Source: Macrostomum lignano
Taxonomy: Eukaryota
DNA: 64,000 nucleotides
Direction of reading: 5' to 3'
Assembly (NCBI GenBank): GCA_002269645.1
Contig: NIVC01001360.1
Coordinates: forward strand, 1 to 64,000
Shown: positions 12,181-42,949 of the stretch, one piece after another
Numbering within the stretch: the stretch's first letter is position 1
Layout: each line of letters opens with the position of its first letter
Program-made: the position numbers and the translations under genes
The notes under the pieces: model-generated
What the model was told of the DNA's origin: nothing
Database searches by the model: none
Seen by the model: the letters and a program-made list of their open reading frames with translations, nothing else

Positions 12181-12970
12181 ACAATATAGTCTGAGCAACT
12201 GAACATCTCGTGAAACAGCGGCAAGGACGACCAATTTCGGCAGCAGATTTAATAGAAGCAGTAGCAGTCAATTCCGTACATACATAATAGATTAATTTGA
12301 AAAGCTAATGTATTTATAAACACTATTACATAGGCATTTATGTCTACAAAATGAAACAGTATATAGGGATAAAACCAACAGAAACGTACTTGCAGGTCTT
12401 GCATTAGTTTACTTATGCATTCGAATATATCATAGAACAGGGCACGCATACAATATGAGTTTCGGTAGGGATTACAGAAATTGGTAACATTATTATACAG
12501 TAGCATTGCATATGCATGTAAGTACATGGTGTCCTACTTAGCAGCGACAGGCCGGGATGGAGACTAAAAACCGGTGCCGTTAATGACAAAGAGCAGAAAT
12601 ATTTAGCCAGACAGGTGCGCACAAACGCTCCGGCCTCTAGCAAGAGTAAGCAGGAAATGGAGAAAAAGATGACGCAATAAATAACCGCTCTTTAATTAAA
12701 GTTCGCACTCGCGCACATGTACAAATCAACTTACACGAACCAATCGAATACCTGATAAATTTCCAACTGGTTGTAGAAGCCGCGAGTACGGGGAGACCCT
12801 AGAAACAGAGCGCACAGGTTCGCTGAATGAGCAAAATGCCAAGTGAATTACACAGACAAATGGAGTGCCAGTTGGAACTGCGAACGCATCCGGGATGCGA
12901 AGTTCAGCGCACACGAGATAATCAAGCAACAGTTGCAGGCGATTTGACTGCGTCAAGGACAGGGGAGAAC

Positions 12971-15900
12971 TCAGTCGAACTGGGTGTTGAGCAGCTCCTG
13001 CAGAAACTCTAGCGTGATGCCCTGGCCTCCGTGCTCAACCTGCAGAGTGGAGCCGTCGGGCTTGGTGATGAGCAGCACGGTGTCATCCAGATCCTGCAGG
13101 GTCACCCCGGGGAACATGGCGCTCAGGTCGATCTGCACGGCTTCGCCCGTGTCGGCAGCCACCGCGGACGCCACCGCCGCATGCTGCCCGTCCACTGCTG
13201 CCTCCGGGGCCGCCGCCGCAGCATCACCTTCAGTCGGCTGCTCGGCATTGGCACCGGAAGCGGCGGCCTGAGCATTGTCGCCGCCGCCAACTGCCGCCTT
13301 GGCCTCCGAAGCTCCGTCCACCGCACCATTCTTGTCGGCGGCATCCTTCGCGGCTCCGGCGTCTGGCTTCGCTGCAGCAGCAACATCCGACGAAACTTCC
13401 TCAGCTGCGGTGGCGGCGGAACCCTTGCCGGCCGAAGCTTTCGAAGGCGAGGCACCAGCAACTCCAGTGACCGTTACAGCGCCAGCAGACGAGGTGGCGG
13501 CCAGGGTGACTGCGCCAGCGGGCTGCTCAGCCAAGTCTGCCGACTCCTGCATCACGGCGATCTGCTCGCCAGTGATGCGGTTGAAGAACTGTCCGGTGGC
13601 CACCTCGATCACGAAGTCTGACGGCTGGCCGTTCTCGTCCAGCACCTGTGGGCGGCGATCAACCAAGATGCTTGAGCACTGGCGGCATTCATTGAAGATA
13701 TTCAATGATTCGCTCACAATAGCTCTTATCTCTTCTCCCAGTGATCCCCGCAATCAGTTCCCATATCACAAATCTTCATTTTCAGGCATTTCAAATCCAA
13801 GAGCTCTGGATCCCCGATGGTCAACTGATCTCAGCTCAATTAGTACAGCCAGCGGCTCACCTGATAGTATCGCTCAACAGCGATGTCCTTGTCGGTGATG
13901 GCCGGCTGCCTCTGCGACTGCTGGCGAATCTGGGTGGACTTCGGGCCGATCTTCATGCTGAAACTGCCGGCGCTGGTGTCCGTCTGCACACCGGAGCCGC
14001 CGACGCTGGTGACAACGTCAGGTTCAACCGGGTGCGGCTGCAGAGTGGCGAAGCGGCTGGCCTGGCCGCCAGCCAAGTCCTGCTGCGCCTGCGACACGGC
14101 GGCAGCGGCGGCGCCCGGGCTGCGGCGGGACTGCAGTGAGGCGCGGTGCCTGGGAGGCAGGTAGCCCTCGTTGAAGGTGGGCCGCACGGTGTAGCTGCCT
14201 GCCTCCACGCCAAGGATGTCGGCCTTGGCCTGGCTGTCGATGCACACGGAGCCGAGCGGGCGCGGCTCGCCAGTCGGAATTCGCACCAGGTGCTCCTTGA
14301 GAAATTTCCGGCTGATGTCGACCAGATTCACCTGAGAATAGCGGAGAGAGCAGCTCAGTTAAGGTTGGCGGCGGGAAGCAAGATGAAGGCTTTGAGCGAG
14401 CCACAGGCCACAGACAAGAATTTCACTGCGCCTTGCACCTTCTGTGAATTCTGACAATTTTTTACAATACTATTGGATTTGCATTTACAATACTAAGCTT
14501 TCTAATAATCTTAGAAAACGGCCCAATGCCAAGAAGCTCGACAAGACCGTCTTAAATGTCGAGGATGTCACCGCTGACAACTTTGTGAAATTCGCTCCAA
14601 AATACGCAAGACTCACCAGGTCGTCAACCAGCATGGCCAAATTGGGCAGCGGCGGGTCGCCGCGCTCCGACTTCACAAGAAGGAAGTCGAACGGATTAGC
14701 CAGCTTAGCCAGCCGGGGCAGGCAGATGTCCACCAGCTCCTCATCCGTGCTGGTTTTCACCGCCGCTTTCAATGCGCTGCGCTTTCGCACCGGCACGTAC
14801 TGGGTGCGCCGGGCATCGCGCTGCTCGTGGCGCAGCTGCACGTGTTTGAGCAGCGCCTGGCGCGACATGAACTGCAGGTCGCAGCGGTCGCACTGGAAGA
14901 TGATGGAGTCGTCAGGGTACAGGTAGCGGCCCGGCTTGCGGCCCTCCTCCTCGGCGATGGGATCAAAGTCCGGGTCCTCCTCCTCCGGCAGGCGCTTGCC
15001 GCGGCGCCGCTTCACGCCAGCCGGGCTGGCGCCGGTGTTGTCCAGGTCGCGGAGCAGCGACTTCGAGTTTGGGCTGAGGCCGGCGCGGCCGGCGGGGGTG
15101 CCCGACGGCTTTTGCACCTCGCTCATGATGGACTGGTTGTGCAGCACCTGCGACGGGCGCAAAAACAGCTCACATCAAAACATTATAGATAAGCTTGGGG
15201 ATTGCAGTCAAGAAATCACGCCAGACCATAAATTATCTGCCTATCTCGGTAACTTCATTTGCAGATTCTAAGCCACTCAGATACTACTTGGAACCTGGCT
15301 CCCAGTCCAGAGCAAGTGTCTTATTGCTTTAAAGCAGGGGTCGGCAAACTTCTTTACCCCTAGTACAGATGCAGAATTCAGCTCAGGGCTGCGGGCCAGA
15401 TGAAAGTGGAAAGGCGAGAAAATAGAAGAAGGGGAGGAGAGGAGAGGGGAGAGGAGAGAAGAGAAAGAAAAGGGGAGAGCTAAGAAGAGACATACCCTGA
15501 GCGGGCCAGATTGCTATCGTGGTTTCAAAGGACCCGAGGGCCGGAGTCTGCCGATCCCTGCTTTAAACATTCAAGTATCTTCACTTGTAAGGTTAACAAT
15601 TGCCATTGTATATTAGAAAAAGCGCGTCATACTTAAATAACCAACTACTGGCTACAGTAGTGTTGAAGCGAACAAGTAGGCACTGCACATTCCATTTCCC
15701 TCGATTGCTTGGCAGTTGGCATTACAGGCAGGTCCTGGGCTCACTTTCACCTACTTTATAATTGTACTTGGGATGCCATGGGCACCATGGTACATCATCA
15801 TGTTTATAGACAGACAGGTGAACAGGCCAATATTTCTCACCTGGGTGATCTGGCTAAGCTGCTCCTCGCTCAGGTTCTGCGTAGTAATAAATCGATTGCC

Positions 15901-16068
15901 CTGCTGAATGATTCTAATAGGATTTTTATTGGATCCCAGCGGCGCATTGGGATCCTGCACAGGGATGGTGGCCTGAATACGGCGCAGCTTCTCCATGTTG
16001 ATGGTGGCTGGGGCGCCGCCCTCTGCCATATCGGCAGTAAAACTGCTGTCAGCTCCGCTGTAGTCCAT
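12971..16068 (-). CDS. C2H2 zinc-finger protein, 4 exons, apparent 1-nt frame break near 13730
   Basis: Exons 15841-16068, 14617-15147 (FQCDRCDLQFMSRQALLKHVQLRH), 13861-14331 and 12971-13824, all with phase-0 junctions. The last exon is 854 nt, one base short of an open frame. Confidence 0.75.
15335..15560. mobile_element. hAT (Charlie-like) MITE, 226 bp
   Basis: TIRs caggggtcggcaaact / agtctgccgatccctg (14/16 match); 8-bp TSD ctttaaag (15327-15334) / ctttaaac (15561-15568). Confidence 0.85.
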
Positions 16069-16184
16069 GATGGCTGGCTGGTGGCTGTAAGTGCATTTGG
16101 TCCAATGATATCACAATTTCATATTTTGATCAAATCTTGATTATTTCAAGTCTTGAAAATCTTGAAAATATGATTTTGTTCCTA

Positions 16185-16460
16185 CATTGTTCCTACATTG
16201 GAAAAATGAAGCAACACCTGCACACTAAAGCTAGGGAACATTGGCTAAAAAGCTCTGCAATTAATGACCATCTGCTTATTTGTAAAAAATGTTGTGACAA
16301 TGAACCAATTCAGCTCTTTAAAGTGCTGGATGGGTGCAAATTTGACCATAAGCTTAAGATTATTGAAGCTTCTTATATCAGAATGCACAAACCCATCTTG
16401 AATGTGCAGCTTGCTGGCAATGAGGTTCTACACCCAAATGTATATTTCCCATTAAAATGA
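16185..16460 (+). mobile_element. Penelope-like element fragment, GIY-YIG endonuclease C-terminal part
   Basis: SYIGKMKQHLHTKAREH...SAINDHL..C..C...FKVL...KLKIIEASYIRMHKPILNVQL resembles the Penelope endonuclease end; no RT seen. Confidence 0.7.
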
Positions 16461-17719
16461 TTGTGAACCAAAGCTAGCTATAGGAAAGTGTCAAATATAA
16501 CAAATAGTCATATGCAGAAAACTGCTGCTTATTCTAGATCAAGGACATCAAAATCTCCCTTTCACCTTTGGTTTACAATCACTTCCACATATGCACTTTG
16601 CTGAAATGATTGCAAACCAAAGCTGGCAATATATCCTTTATCATAAGTGCATATGCATGATGTACAATATTAATTTTAACCCAGCTTTGGTTCACAATCA
16701 CAATCATTTGTTACATATTCAAATGATTATATACCAAAGCTTATATATAAGCATCATCCAACAAATTGCACTTTAAATTAGGTTTTTTAGTTTTTTAGTT
16801 TTGAAGCTGCCATTATTGCATTGCCATAAGCAAAATATAGGTGATTATTAACTGAAACTAGCAAGATAAGAAGGTGATTGTAAACTGAAGGAATGCCTAT
16901 ATTAATTGATGACAAGGCATTTAGCTTAAATAAGAGGCTATTTATAATTTAAAGTACTATGTAAATATTTCTAGTGTTTTTTATAATTATATAGTAACTA
17001 GAATAAATACCTTATAAATAGTAATCCCATATTATCAAGGACTACTCAATATTTGTCCTTGTATTTTTTTTCATAATGAGTTTAAACTAACTAGAGCCAA
17101 TAGACAGAGTTTAGATATGATTTATGTTTATAGCTTAGCATCTTTTATTAGCTTATAGTATTTCTACTATAACTAATGCAAAGTATAAAGGGTTTTTCAA
17201 AAAAACAAATAAGAATATAATTTTTTGCCTTTAAAAGGATATATTTTTAGTCAAATATAATTAGACAATAGCTATAACTAGGGTTTTTTATAGGTAAATC
17301 ACATTTTTTGGTCAAAAAGTAAATTGCATAGCCAATGTAAATCAGGAGGTTGCACGTGTATACTGGATATAACATTAAAAGTATCAATATATTACATTTT
17401 TACTATTAGAAGATAATTCTAAATAAAATATTATTGGCTTAATGGTAGCATTTATAGAATTTCCTAGGATAGGACAGAGAGTTTTACTACAACTTTGGTA
17501 GCTTAATGATAGGATCTGATAAGGCAAAGCAAACCCCATCTCCCCATGGCCATCCTATCAATTTATCATAGGCCCCCCCCCTAGTTATTATTAAAAATAA
17601 ATAGAAAAAAAGTCTTATTGCTTAACTAAAAATATATCATATGGTATATATACACAATCTATATACTAAAAATGAAAATCCATGTGGGGCATAGGACTAG
17701 CTGTTTTTTTCTAAATTTG

Positions 17720-18485
17720 GGATAGAAGTGCTTATCCCCATGGTCCCATGCCAATATTTCTAATTTTATCCATACAAATCTATGTCAATAATTTTCAGCT
17801 TATCTTCATGGTAGCTTATTGAAATAGCTGCCACCATTCAAGTCTATAAGCCATGTCAATCGTTCCGATTTTATCCACATGGATCAATGTTGATAATTTC
17901 TAGCTTATCCCAAAAGTAGCTTATTGGAATAAAGAGCCTTAAAATGAATCTGTTCAAAAACTGTCTTTTTGTTTTCACTGTTCTACAAATCTTCCAAATA
18001 AACTATATGTATTGAATACTGAATAGTATCAAGTACTTTGTTAAAACTTTTCATCATTAAAATAATAAAAGGGTTAATTTTAAATATTTGCTTAGCTGCC
18101 AGCTTTACTTAGAACGACCAAACAACCCAAAGATTGAGGTGAATGAAACTTGCAATTGCAAAATTCAACTTTTAATTTCTAGTAATAATGATAATATTAC
18201 TAATAATAATAACAATATCAATTTAAGGTCAATACACAAAACTAAACACAAACAACTGCACAATCTTAGCCATGGGGATAAGCTGAAAATTATTGACACG
18301 GATCTGTGTGGAGAAAATTGGAATTATTGACATGGCCTATATAGACTTAAATGGTGGCAGCTATTTCAATAACTTGAATAAGCTGCCATGGGCATAAGCT
18401 AGAAATTATTGACATGGATCCATGTGGATAAAATTGGAATTATTGGCACAGGACTGTGGGGATAAGCACATCCATTTGGGATTGG
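17720..18485. repeat. About 210-bp imperfect inverted repeat pair (17720-17925 / 18270-18485)
   Basis: The reverse complement of the right arm aligns by eye with the left arm (gtgcttatcccca...ttattgaaatagctgccaccatt...). Confidence 0.7.
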
Positions 18486-19512
18486 CTTAAAAGAAAAAGG
18501 CAAATGAAATTGGCTCCTATACAGAGGCAAAAAATAATAACTACAAGAGGCCTCCTCACAGATAACAATAATTATGTACAAAATTACACAGGGAATTAAT
18601 TATAAAGATGGAGGCCTATTCACGAGCTAAGCTAAGCTAAGCCACAAGCTAATTTTTATTTTTTACCATCATTTAGACTTAGTAGACAGTCGTGCAATAT
18701 CGAATATTCGAATTCGTTATAACTCTTATACTGCCCAATCCATAGGCTTATGACTAGGACTAGGCCTAGGCCTACAATGTAAGTATAATCGATGTTTTGA
18801 ACAATGACTAAATTTGTTTATTATTGGTAGAATATTGGTAGATAATTGGTAGAATATTTGCTTATAGAAGAGATATTTCCAGTTCACATTACAATTTGCG
18901 AATAACTGTTAATAACCGACCATATAAACTTTTCGCACTTTGACGAAAACTTAAAAAGCGATTGCACCATTATAACACAAGCGATCAAACAAGAAACAAA
19001 TTTGTGTTCAATAGAACAGTTGCGGGTTTAAAGTAAATATGCTTATTTTAATTAAATGAACAAAAAATAGGAAAGATGAATAAAGATATTTAGGAATTCT
19101 ATTGGTCAGCATTTCTGCATTTTAGTTGTTATAGCGAATAACTAACTTTATCGCTAGACGCTAGCTAAAAGACGTGAACAGGTACGTGTAAAAAGCACAA
19201 AAAATATCGTTTGTAACTGACATCAAACTTTGCATTATACACTCTATATTTAAAAACTAAAACAAATTCTTTTGTGATTTTTACTTTCGTTTGTATTTAA
19301 AAATAAAATACTTCCTAAAATACAATTAAACAAATTTAGCAACACAAAAACAGCAATTATATATGGTCAAAATTGTTTTCAGCGGTTTTTTTTAACTTAA
19401 GATTGAAACATTTTTATTTATATAACTGTTTGTTTTGCTTTGTTTTATCTTTACTTTTACATATCTAGTTTTACCATATACATTATACATTAAATTTTAA
19501 GTCAGATAAACT

Positions 19513-22136
<2,624 letters not shown>

Positions 22137-22719
22137 CCGGGTCACGTGACAGACTTCCCGACTGTTAAAATGATTGCAATAGCTCGCGTGGCAGGCATCT
22201 CGTGACCCGGAGCGGAAGCAGTGCATGCTTGTAGAGAATTTTGCAGCTAACTCACATTGCGATTAGTTTTCTTTGCTCTTACTGTTTTATTTTCTAAATG
22301 ATAATTATTGATATTCTTATGATGATAGCAAATTTTTACGTTGCTACTAGTAGTAGGTGAGCGCAGACATACAGTGTACATAGATATTTTTTAACCGACT
22401 CGTCCCTCAAGGCTCTGCCGAATCCGTGCTGTGTAAATTGTCCGCTCATTCCGTCCGGCAGTTCATTCTGCATTCTCTTTCTTCATCACATCACAAAGCG
22501 CCAGAAGCAGCTCAGGCTTTGGTGCTGCAGTTCCGCGTCAGGTCAGACATGATTATTTTTCCTTTGCCTTTGACCAGATTATTTTCGTGCCTTGTTATTT
22601 TGTCGATTAACTATTTTCATTTTTTGCCATTTCCTCGAAACGTTTTCTAATCATTTTTGGAGTTTTGCATGTCGCCAACTCGAAATATTTGAGCCCCATT
22701 CTCCTTCATGCCCGGGTGC

Positions 22720-23525
22720 TGTCTGTAGCTGCGGTGCTGTCAGTCTGTAGCTGCGGTGCTGTCAGTCTGTAGCTGCGGTGCTGTCAGTTCATAGCCATCA
22801 TGCTGTCAGTCTGTAGCTGCGGTGCTGTCAGTTCATAGCCATCATGCTGTCAGTCTGTAGCTGCGGTGCTGTCAGTTCATAGCCATCATGCTGTCAGTCT
22901 GTAGCTGCGGTGCTGTCAGTTCATAGCCATCATGCTGTCAGTCTGTAGCTGCGGTGCTGTCAGTTCATAGCCATCATGCTGTCAGTCTGTAGCTGCGGTG
23001 CTGTCAGTTCATAGCCATCATGCTGTCAGTCTGTAGCCATCATGCTGTCAGTCTGTAGCCATCATGCTGTCAGTCTGTAGCCATAATGCTGTCAGTCTGT
23101 AGCCATCATGCTGTCAGTCTGTAGCCATCATGCTGTCAGTCTGTAGCCATCATGCTGTCAGTCTGTAGCCATAATGCTGTCAGTCTGTAGCCATAATGCT
23201 GTCGGTCTGTAGCCATAATGCTGTCGGTCTGTAGCCATAATGCTGTCAGTCTGTAGCCATAATGCTGTCAGTCTGTAGCCATAATGCTGTCAGTCTGTAG
23301 CCATAATGCTGTCGGTCTGTAGCCATCATGCTGTCGGTCTGTAGCCATGATGCTGTCAGTCTGTAGCCATGATGCTGGCAGTCTGTAGCCATCATGCTGT
23401 CAGTCTGTAGCCATGAAGCTGTCAGTCTGTAGCCATGATGCTGTCAGTCTGTAGCCATGAAGCTGTCAGTCTGTAGCCATGATGCTGTCAGTCTGTAGCC
23501 ATGATGCTGTCAGTCTGTAGCCATG
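22720..23525. repeat. 22-nt minisatellite with a 44-nt dimeric sub-block
   Basis: gctgtcagtctgtagccatcat; in the left part two variants alternate. Confidence 0.92.
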
Positions 23526-24159
23526 TGCGTCGATATATTTTGCTAGGATGTAAAGGCAGAAAATTTCCTTTGATTTCTAATTTCGAGTTAATTATTTTCA
23601 ATAGAAATGTTTAAGCCAAAAGGAAGCTGGCGTCCGTACAGTCTACTCTGTTCCTGCATCGAATAAAGCTGGCTGCATCAAAGCTCTGTTTCTGTTTTTC
23701 TTTCTTCATCCAATTTTCCAGTCGCAAGTCGGCGCAGCTTTCTTTGCTCATTTTTACTCAATCGAAGCTCCTGGCGCAGCCGCTCCAAGAAAAATTTGCG
23801 CCATCAATCACTGCTCAGCAGGAGATCGAACGGGGAACTCAACCTGCCAAAAGTTGAGATTTTGATCCCCGGGCTGGGAGCGCTGGGAAATCTGATCTGC
23901 TGAATCTCAACCTTTTGGCCTGAGCTCGCAGCTGCTACTCAGGTTTATTAATTTCCTTGAAAGGACAGCCGCTCTTCAAGCCGCTCTTTTGAAGAAAATC
24001 CTTGAAAACGTTGCACTGCAGAAAATGCTCTGACACCGTCAAAGCTGTGCTACATTTGTAGTTTTTGTACTCTAAAGCTAATGTACATGTACATGTACAT
24101 CAGCTAACTGCTACCTGCCCCTGGCTGAGAACATTTGCTTTCTAGGGGCACTCATCCAA

Positions 24160-24445
24160 GTTTGACTGTACACCCATCCCACCCGCCAAATTTCATTGCG
24201 CACCCACCCCACTCGCCAAGACTGATTGCACGCCCACCCCACCCGCAAAGACTGATTGCACACCCACCCAACTCGCTAAGTTTGATTGCGCACCCACCCC
24301 ACCCGCCAAGACTGATTGCGCACCCACCCCACCCGCCAAGACTGATTGCGCACCCACCCCACCCGCCAAGACTGATTGCGCACCCACCCCACCCGCCAAG
24401 ACTGATTGCGCACCCACCCCACCCGCCAAGACTGATTGCAACCCA
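24160..24445. repeat. 30-nt minisatellite (cacccaccccacccgccaagactgattgcg)
   Basis: About 9 copies. Confidence 0.9.
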
Positions 24446-25626
24446 AATTACTCGTATTCCTTTGTAGCTGGAGTTAAGCTAAGCCAGACAGGAGGCCAGT
24501 TGCTATGCAGCACTCAGGACTCCCATTTTCAATCAATTCACCATGCACCAGATTACCGGGTCCGCTTCCAGGCTACAAAAATGACTGCCCGTTTTCCTTA
24601 ATTTCGTTTCTTCAGAATCAAAAACTAGCTGCATAGATTAAATTTTCTGAGGAAAATTGCGAAATGTCAGAACAGGTCCTACATGTACAGCGATGCAGTG
24701 GAGTTGTAGATTGGCCTTGAGCCACCGGGACCGAAGGAGCCTCCATTCATGAATGATGCAGCACTGGGCGAGTCTGAGTTCATGCTCTGAATTTCATCAA
24801 TTGGCAACCCCTATTTAGCATTCAGGGCTCATTAAGAGCTCATTAACCTCGACTACATTTCACAATTTTCGCTGTACTACCTTGTAGAAATAGACAGTGC
24901 CCCAGTTTCTCAGTGCCCCAGTGCCCCAGTTTCTCAGTGCCCCTCTGCCCCGACAGAATTAACCGGTGCCCCCAACAACAGAGCCAGTGCCCAAACAACA
25001 GAGCCAGTGCCCAAACAACAGAGTTAGCCAGTGCCCCAACAACAGAGTTAGCCGGTGCCCCAACAACAGAGTTAGCCAGTGCCCCAACAACAGAGTTAGC
25101 CGGTCATTGGCAAGTTCCCAGTCGGCGGTTCCGCATTGCACAGGCCACCGACAGCCGGTAATGAAGTTGTAAAAGTCCGGATTAGCAAACCCGATTAGCT
25201 GCAGATGATGAGCTCGAGCTCATGATGGAGAATTGCAATCAGGGGATAGAGAAGCGGAAGATTAAAGGCGGCGGCTGGGGAATCGACGAAGGCCGGACTC
25301 ACATCAGCTTGGATTGAGCACCTGCGCTTCACCTTGGGGTCGTTGGCCAGCTGATCCCATTGGTGCAGAGCAGCTGGGGGTGAGGGGAAGCGGAGTGATA
25401 AGGAAGAACTCAGCTCTCACCTCAGCTGCCCGAATTATTCGAGCAGGCAGACAGGGCGGGGCTGCTGTGGCAGATCTGCGTCTGCTGCGAATCCGGGATT
25501 CACGTTGATTTCCGTTACTCTCTCTGTCTGAGCTGGTCACGTCGGCAAGAGGGCTTCCGAATCGAGGCTGTTTGGAGTCGGCGTTTCCGCAGGTGAGAAG
25601 TTCCATCTGGGATCTGTCAAAAGACC

Positions 25627-26003
25627 CATCCGTGATCCCTCTCTGAGGCCATCCGTGATCCCTCTCTGAGGCCATCCGTGATCCCTCTCTGAGGCCATCC
25701 GTGATCCCTCTCTGAGGCCATCCGTGATCCCTGTCTGAGGCCATCCGTGATCCCTCTCTGAGGCCATCCGTGATCCCTGTCTGAGGCCATCCGTGATCCC
25801 TGTCTGAGGCCATCCGTGATCCCTCTCTGAGGCCATCCGTGATCCCTCTCTGAGGCCATCCGTGATCCCTCTCTGAGGCCATCCGTGATCCCTCTCTGAG
25901 GCCATCCGTGATCCCTCTCTGAGGCCATCCGTGATCCCTGTCTGAGGCCATCCGTGATCCCTCTCTGAGGCCATCCGTGATCCCTCTCTGAGGCCATCCG
26001 TGA
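25627..26003. repeat. 23-nt minisatellite in the 5' UTR intron of TRPC
   Basis: gaggccatccgtgatccctctct, about 16 copies, between donor gtgaga at 25593 and the acceptor just before ATG 26033. Confidence 0.92.
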
Positions 26004-26032
26004 TCTCTTCCTCTTCCTCCCCAAAGCTTCAG

Positions 26033-40831
<14,799 letters not shown>

Positions 40832-41487
40832 GCTTGCCTAGAATCTGAAATAATCGCGCCATATCTTACTGCAAGTAGCACAGAATCTTCTAATAGATTT
40901 TTAACTTTACTTTCAATTTTGCTTTCTTATATGCCGCAGAATTTTCTGACAGTTTAAAGCAGGCGCTTTGCTTCTTCTGTGTGGCTTCTTGACGACTCAT
41001 CCGCTCAGTCTCGCAGCCCCGCGTCATCTGCTTGTTTCAGGCTCGTACTTTCTGCTGCGGAGCTTGCAGAGATTTTTACTTCTAGAAGCGCTGCTAGAAA
41101 AATGGCTGAGCCATCAGCCCTGTCCTCCAGGCCCGAGCAGTCCCAGAACTGGATCCCGTTTTGACTGGTTTCTGCTGCCTACAGACTGTTCGAATTTTCC
41201 ACCCCTTTTCACGCGTTGCCTGCCCAAAGCGTCTGTTGGACAGAACTGGACTTTTTGCCACTCGGTTTCACTATTAAATACAGCCTTTACTGACTACTGT
41301 GAGTAGTTTTTGCTAATTCGTTTTCCTGCTTTACTATACATTTCGGCAACTGGAACTCTCTAAGCTCGTGTCGGTCCTTCCAGCGGCCTTCCTGCGAACA
41401 GCCTCTCAGGACCGGCTGCTCTAGAGCTTTCTGTACGCTTCTGCGAAAAGTTACATGAAAGGTCAAGGCCAATCCATAGAAGTTTAA

Positions 41488-41945
41488 GGAGTTGTAGCCT
41501 AGTGGTTAGAGTGTCGGACTCACGACTGAAAGGTCGGGATTTTTCCGATCCGACTGGAAAAATTTGGGTCCTTGAGTAAGAAACTTAACTCTGCATTGCT
41601 TCAGTTCACCCAGCTGTAAAATGGGTGCCAGCATTAATTGGGGCAATTGAGGGTGTGTGTGTCGACCCCCCAGTCCTTGGACTGGCTGAAAATTTAGCTG
41701 AGCTGCATGCAGTTCACCCTGCTGTAATCGGGCTAAACTAACCTAAACTACGGTAAGCCTAACTAAACTAAACGAAACTAAACTAAACTAAACTAAACTA
41801 AACCAAACTAAACTAAACTAAACTAAACTAAACTAAACTAAACAAATCTAAACTAAACTAAACTAAACTAAACCAAACTAAACTAAACTATACTAAACTA
41901 AACTAAACTAAACTAAACTAAACTAAACTAACTAAACTCTAACTA
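41488..41945 (+). mobile_element. tRNA-derived SINE with CORE-like central domain and (AAACT)n tail
   Basis: tRNA-like head ggagttgtagcctagtggttagagtgtcggact (A box); central gtccttgagtaagaaacttaactctgcattgcttcagttcacccagctgtaaaatggg resembles the MIR/CORE domain; (aaact)n tail at about 41755-41945. No TSD recognised. Confidence 0.75.
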
Positions 41946-42949
41946 GCACAGCGGGCCAGGCGTGTTGCCATTTACTTTCGATCTGTGCGGACAAGCCCCC
42001 GCGAAGCTACAAAGTGCAATGTTTTAAAAAAATATCTATTTTAACATTTGTCAAGTTCACCAAAAGCTCCAGGCTGACAATCCGCAGCCAGAATCAGAAT
42101 CTGTGCACTGCCAAATATGGCAGGTCATAAACTCCGCAGCAAGAACACAATTGCCTGCCGAGACTGGCAGGGGAAGCAGTTAGTTGCCAGGCAGGCTGCA
42201 CTAAGCGCGGGCACCGACTGCCACACCAACTGCGGCACCGCAGGCAGGTCTTGCCCAGCTTGTTTAGCGCAATAATTTTGTTTGGAAATGCTCAAACAGT
42301 GCACTCTGCCATGAGCGGCAGGGGATGCTCCGAGCGCAGCTCAACCCGCAGGAAAAACAGGCCGCACTCCGCCGCTCTGGAGGTCACGCGCCGGCCGCAT
42401 GATCGGCTGCCCCAAAGTGCAGAGCTGGGCGGGGCGGCCAGCCGCTGCCACCGGAATTTGCGGTCAAAAAAACGCGCGCTCAAAGGAAGTTTTGAGCACG
42501 CAGCGGCTGACTGTTCTCGGCAGGCTGATAAGATTAGGCAAACAATTAGGGGTCTGAGGCGGCCGAGTTCTGCTATCGGGGGGTCAGTGCGAGTGCAAAA
42601 GTGGCGCGGATCGGGGGGGGGGGCGGCACCGCCGGATGGCTTAAGCCGGATGGAAGCTCGGTACTGAAATTGGACTCCCCGAGTGGGAAAATTAGGCATG
42701 GAAAACAAATACTAGCATACTACTTAGGTGTGCTACTGGTCAGTAGTGTAGTGGAGGAAATGCTGGCGATTGTAGCTTTTTTGCATGCGGTTTATAGCAA
42801 CTGAGGCTGAGTTGGTTTGGAAATCCCGAGGCGCATCCCGACTCAGCGTATCGAACCGCCTCAGGATTTCTATTGCGTAAGTATTTTATTCTCTTTAAGT
42901 GCAAACAAAATGTAACAATTTATTTGGTTTGACCTCTATCTTATTGACA

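Noticed and set aside
13729-13745. Programmed ribosomal frameshift in the zinc-finger gene
   Set aside because: There is no X-XXY-YYZ slippery site or obvious stimulatory structure; an indel is more parsimonious.
41488-41560. tRNA gene
   Set aside because: There is no intact T-arm or acceptor stem, and it continues into a CORE-like body and simple-repeat tail, so it is a SINE head.
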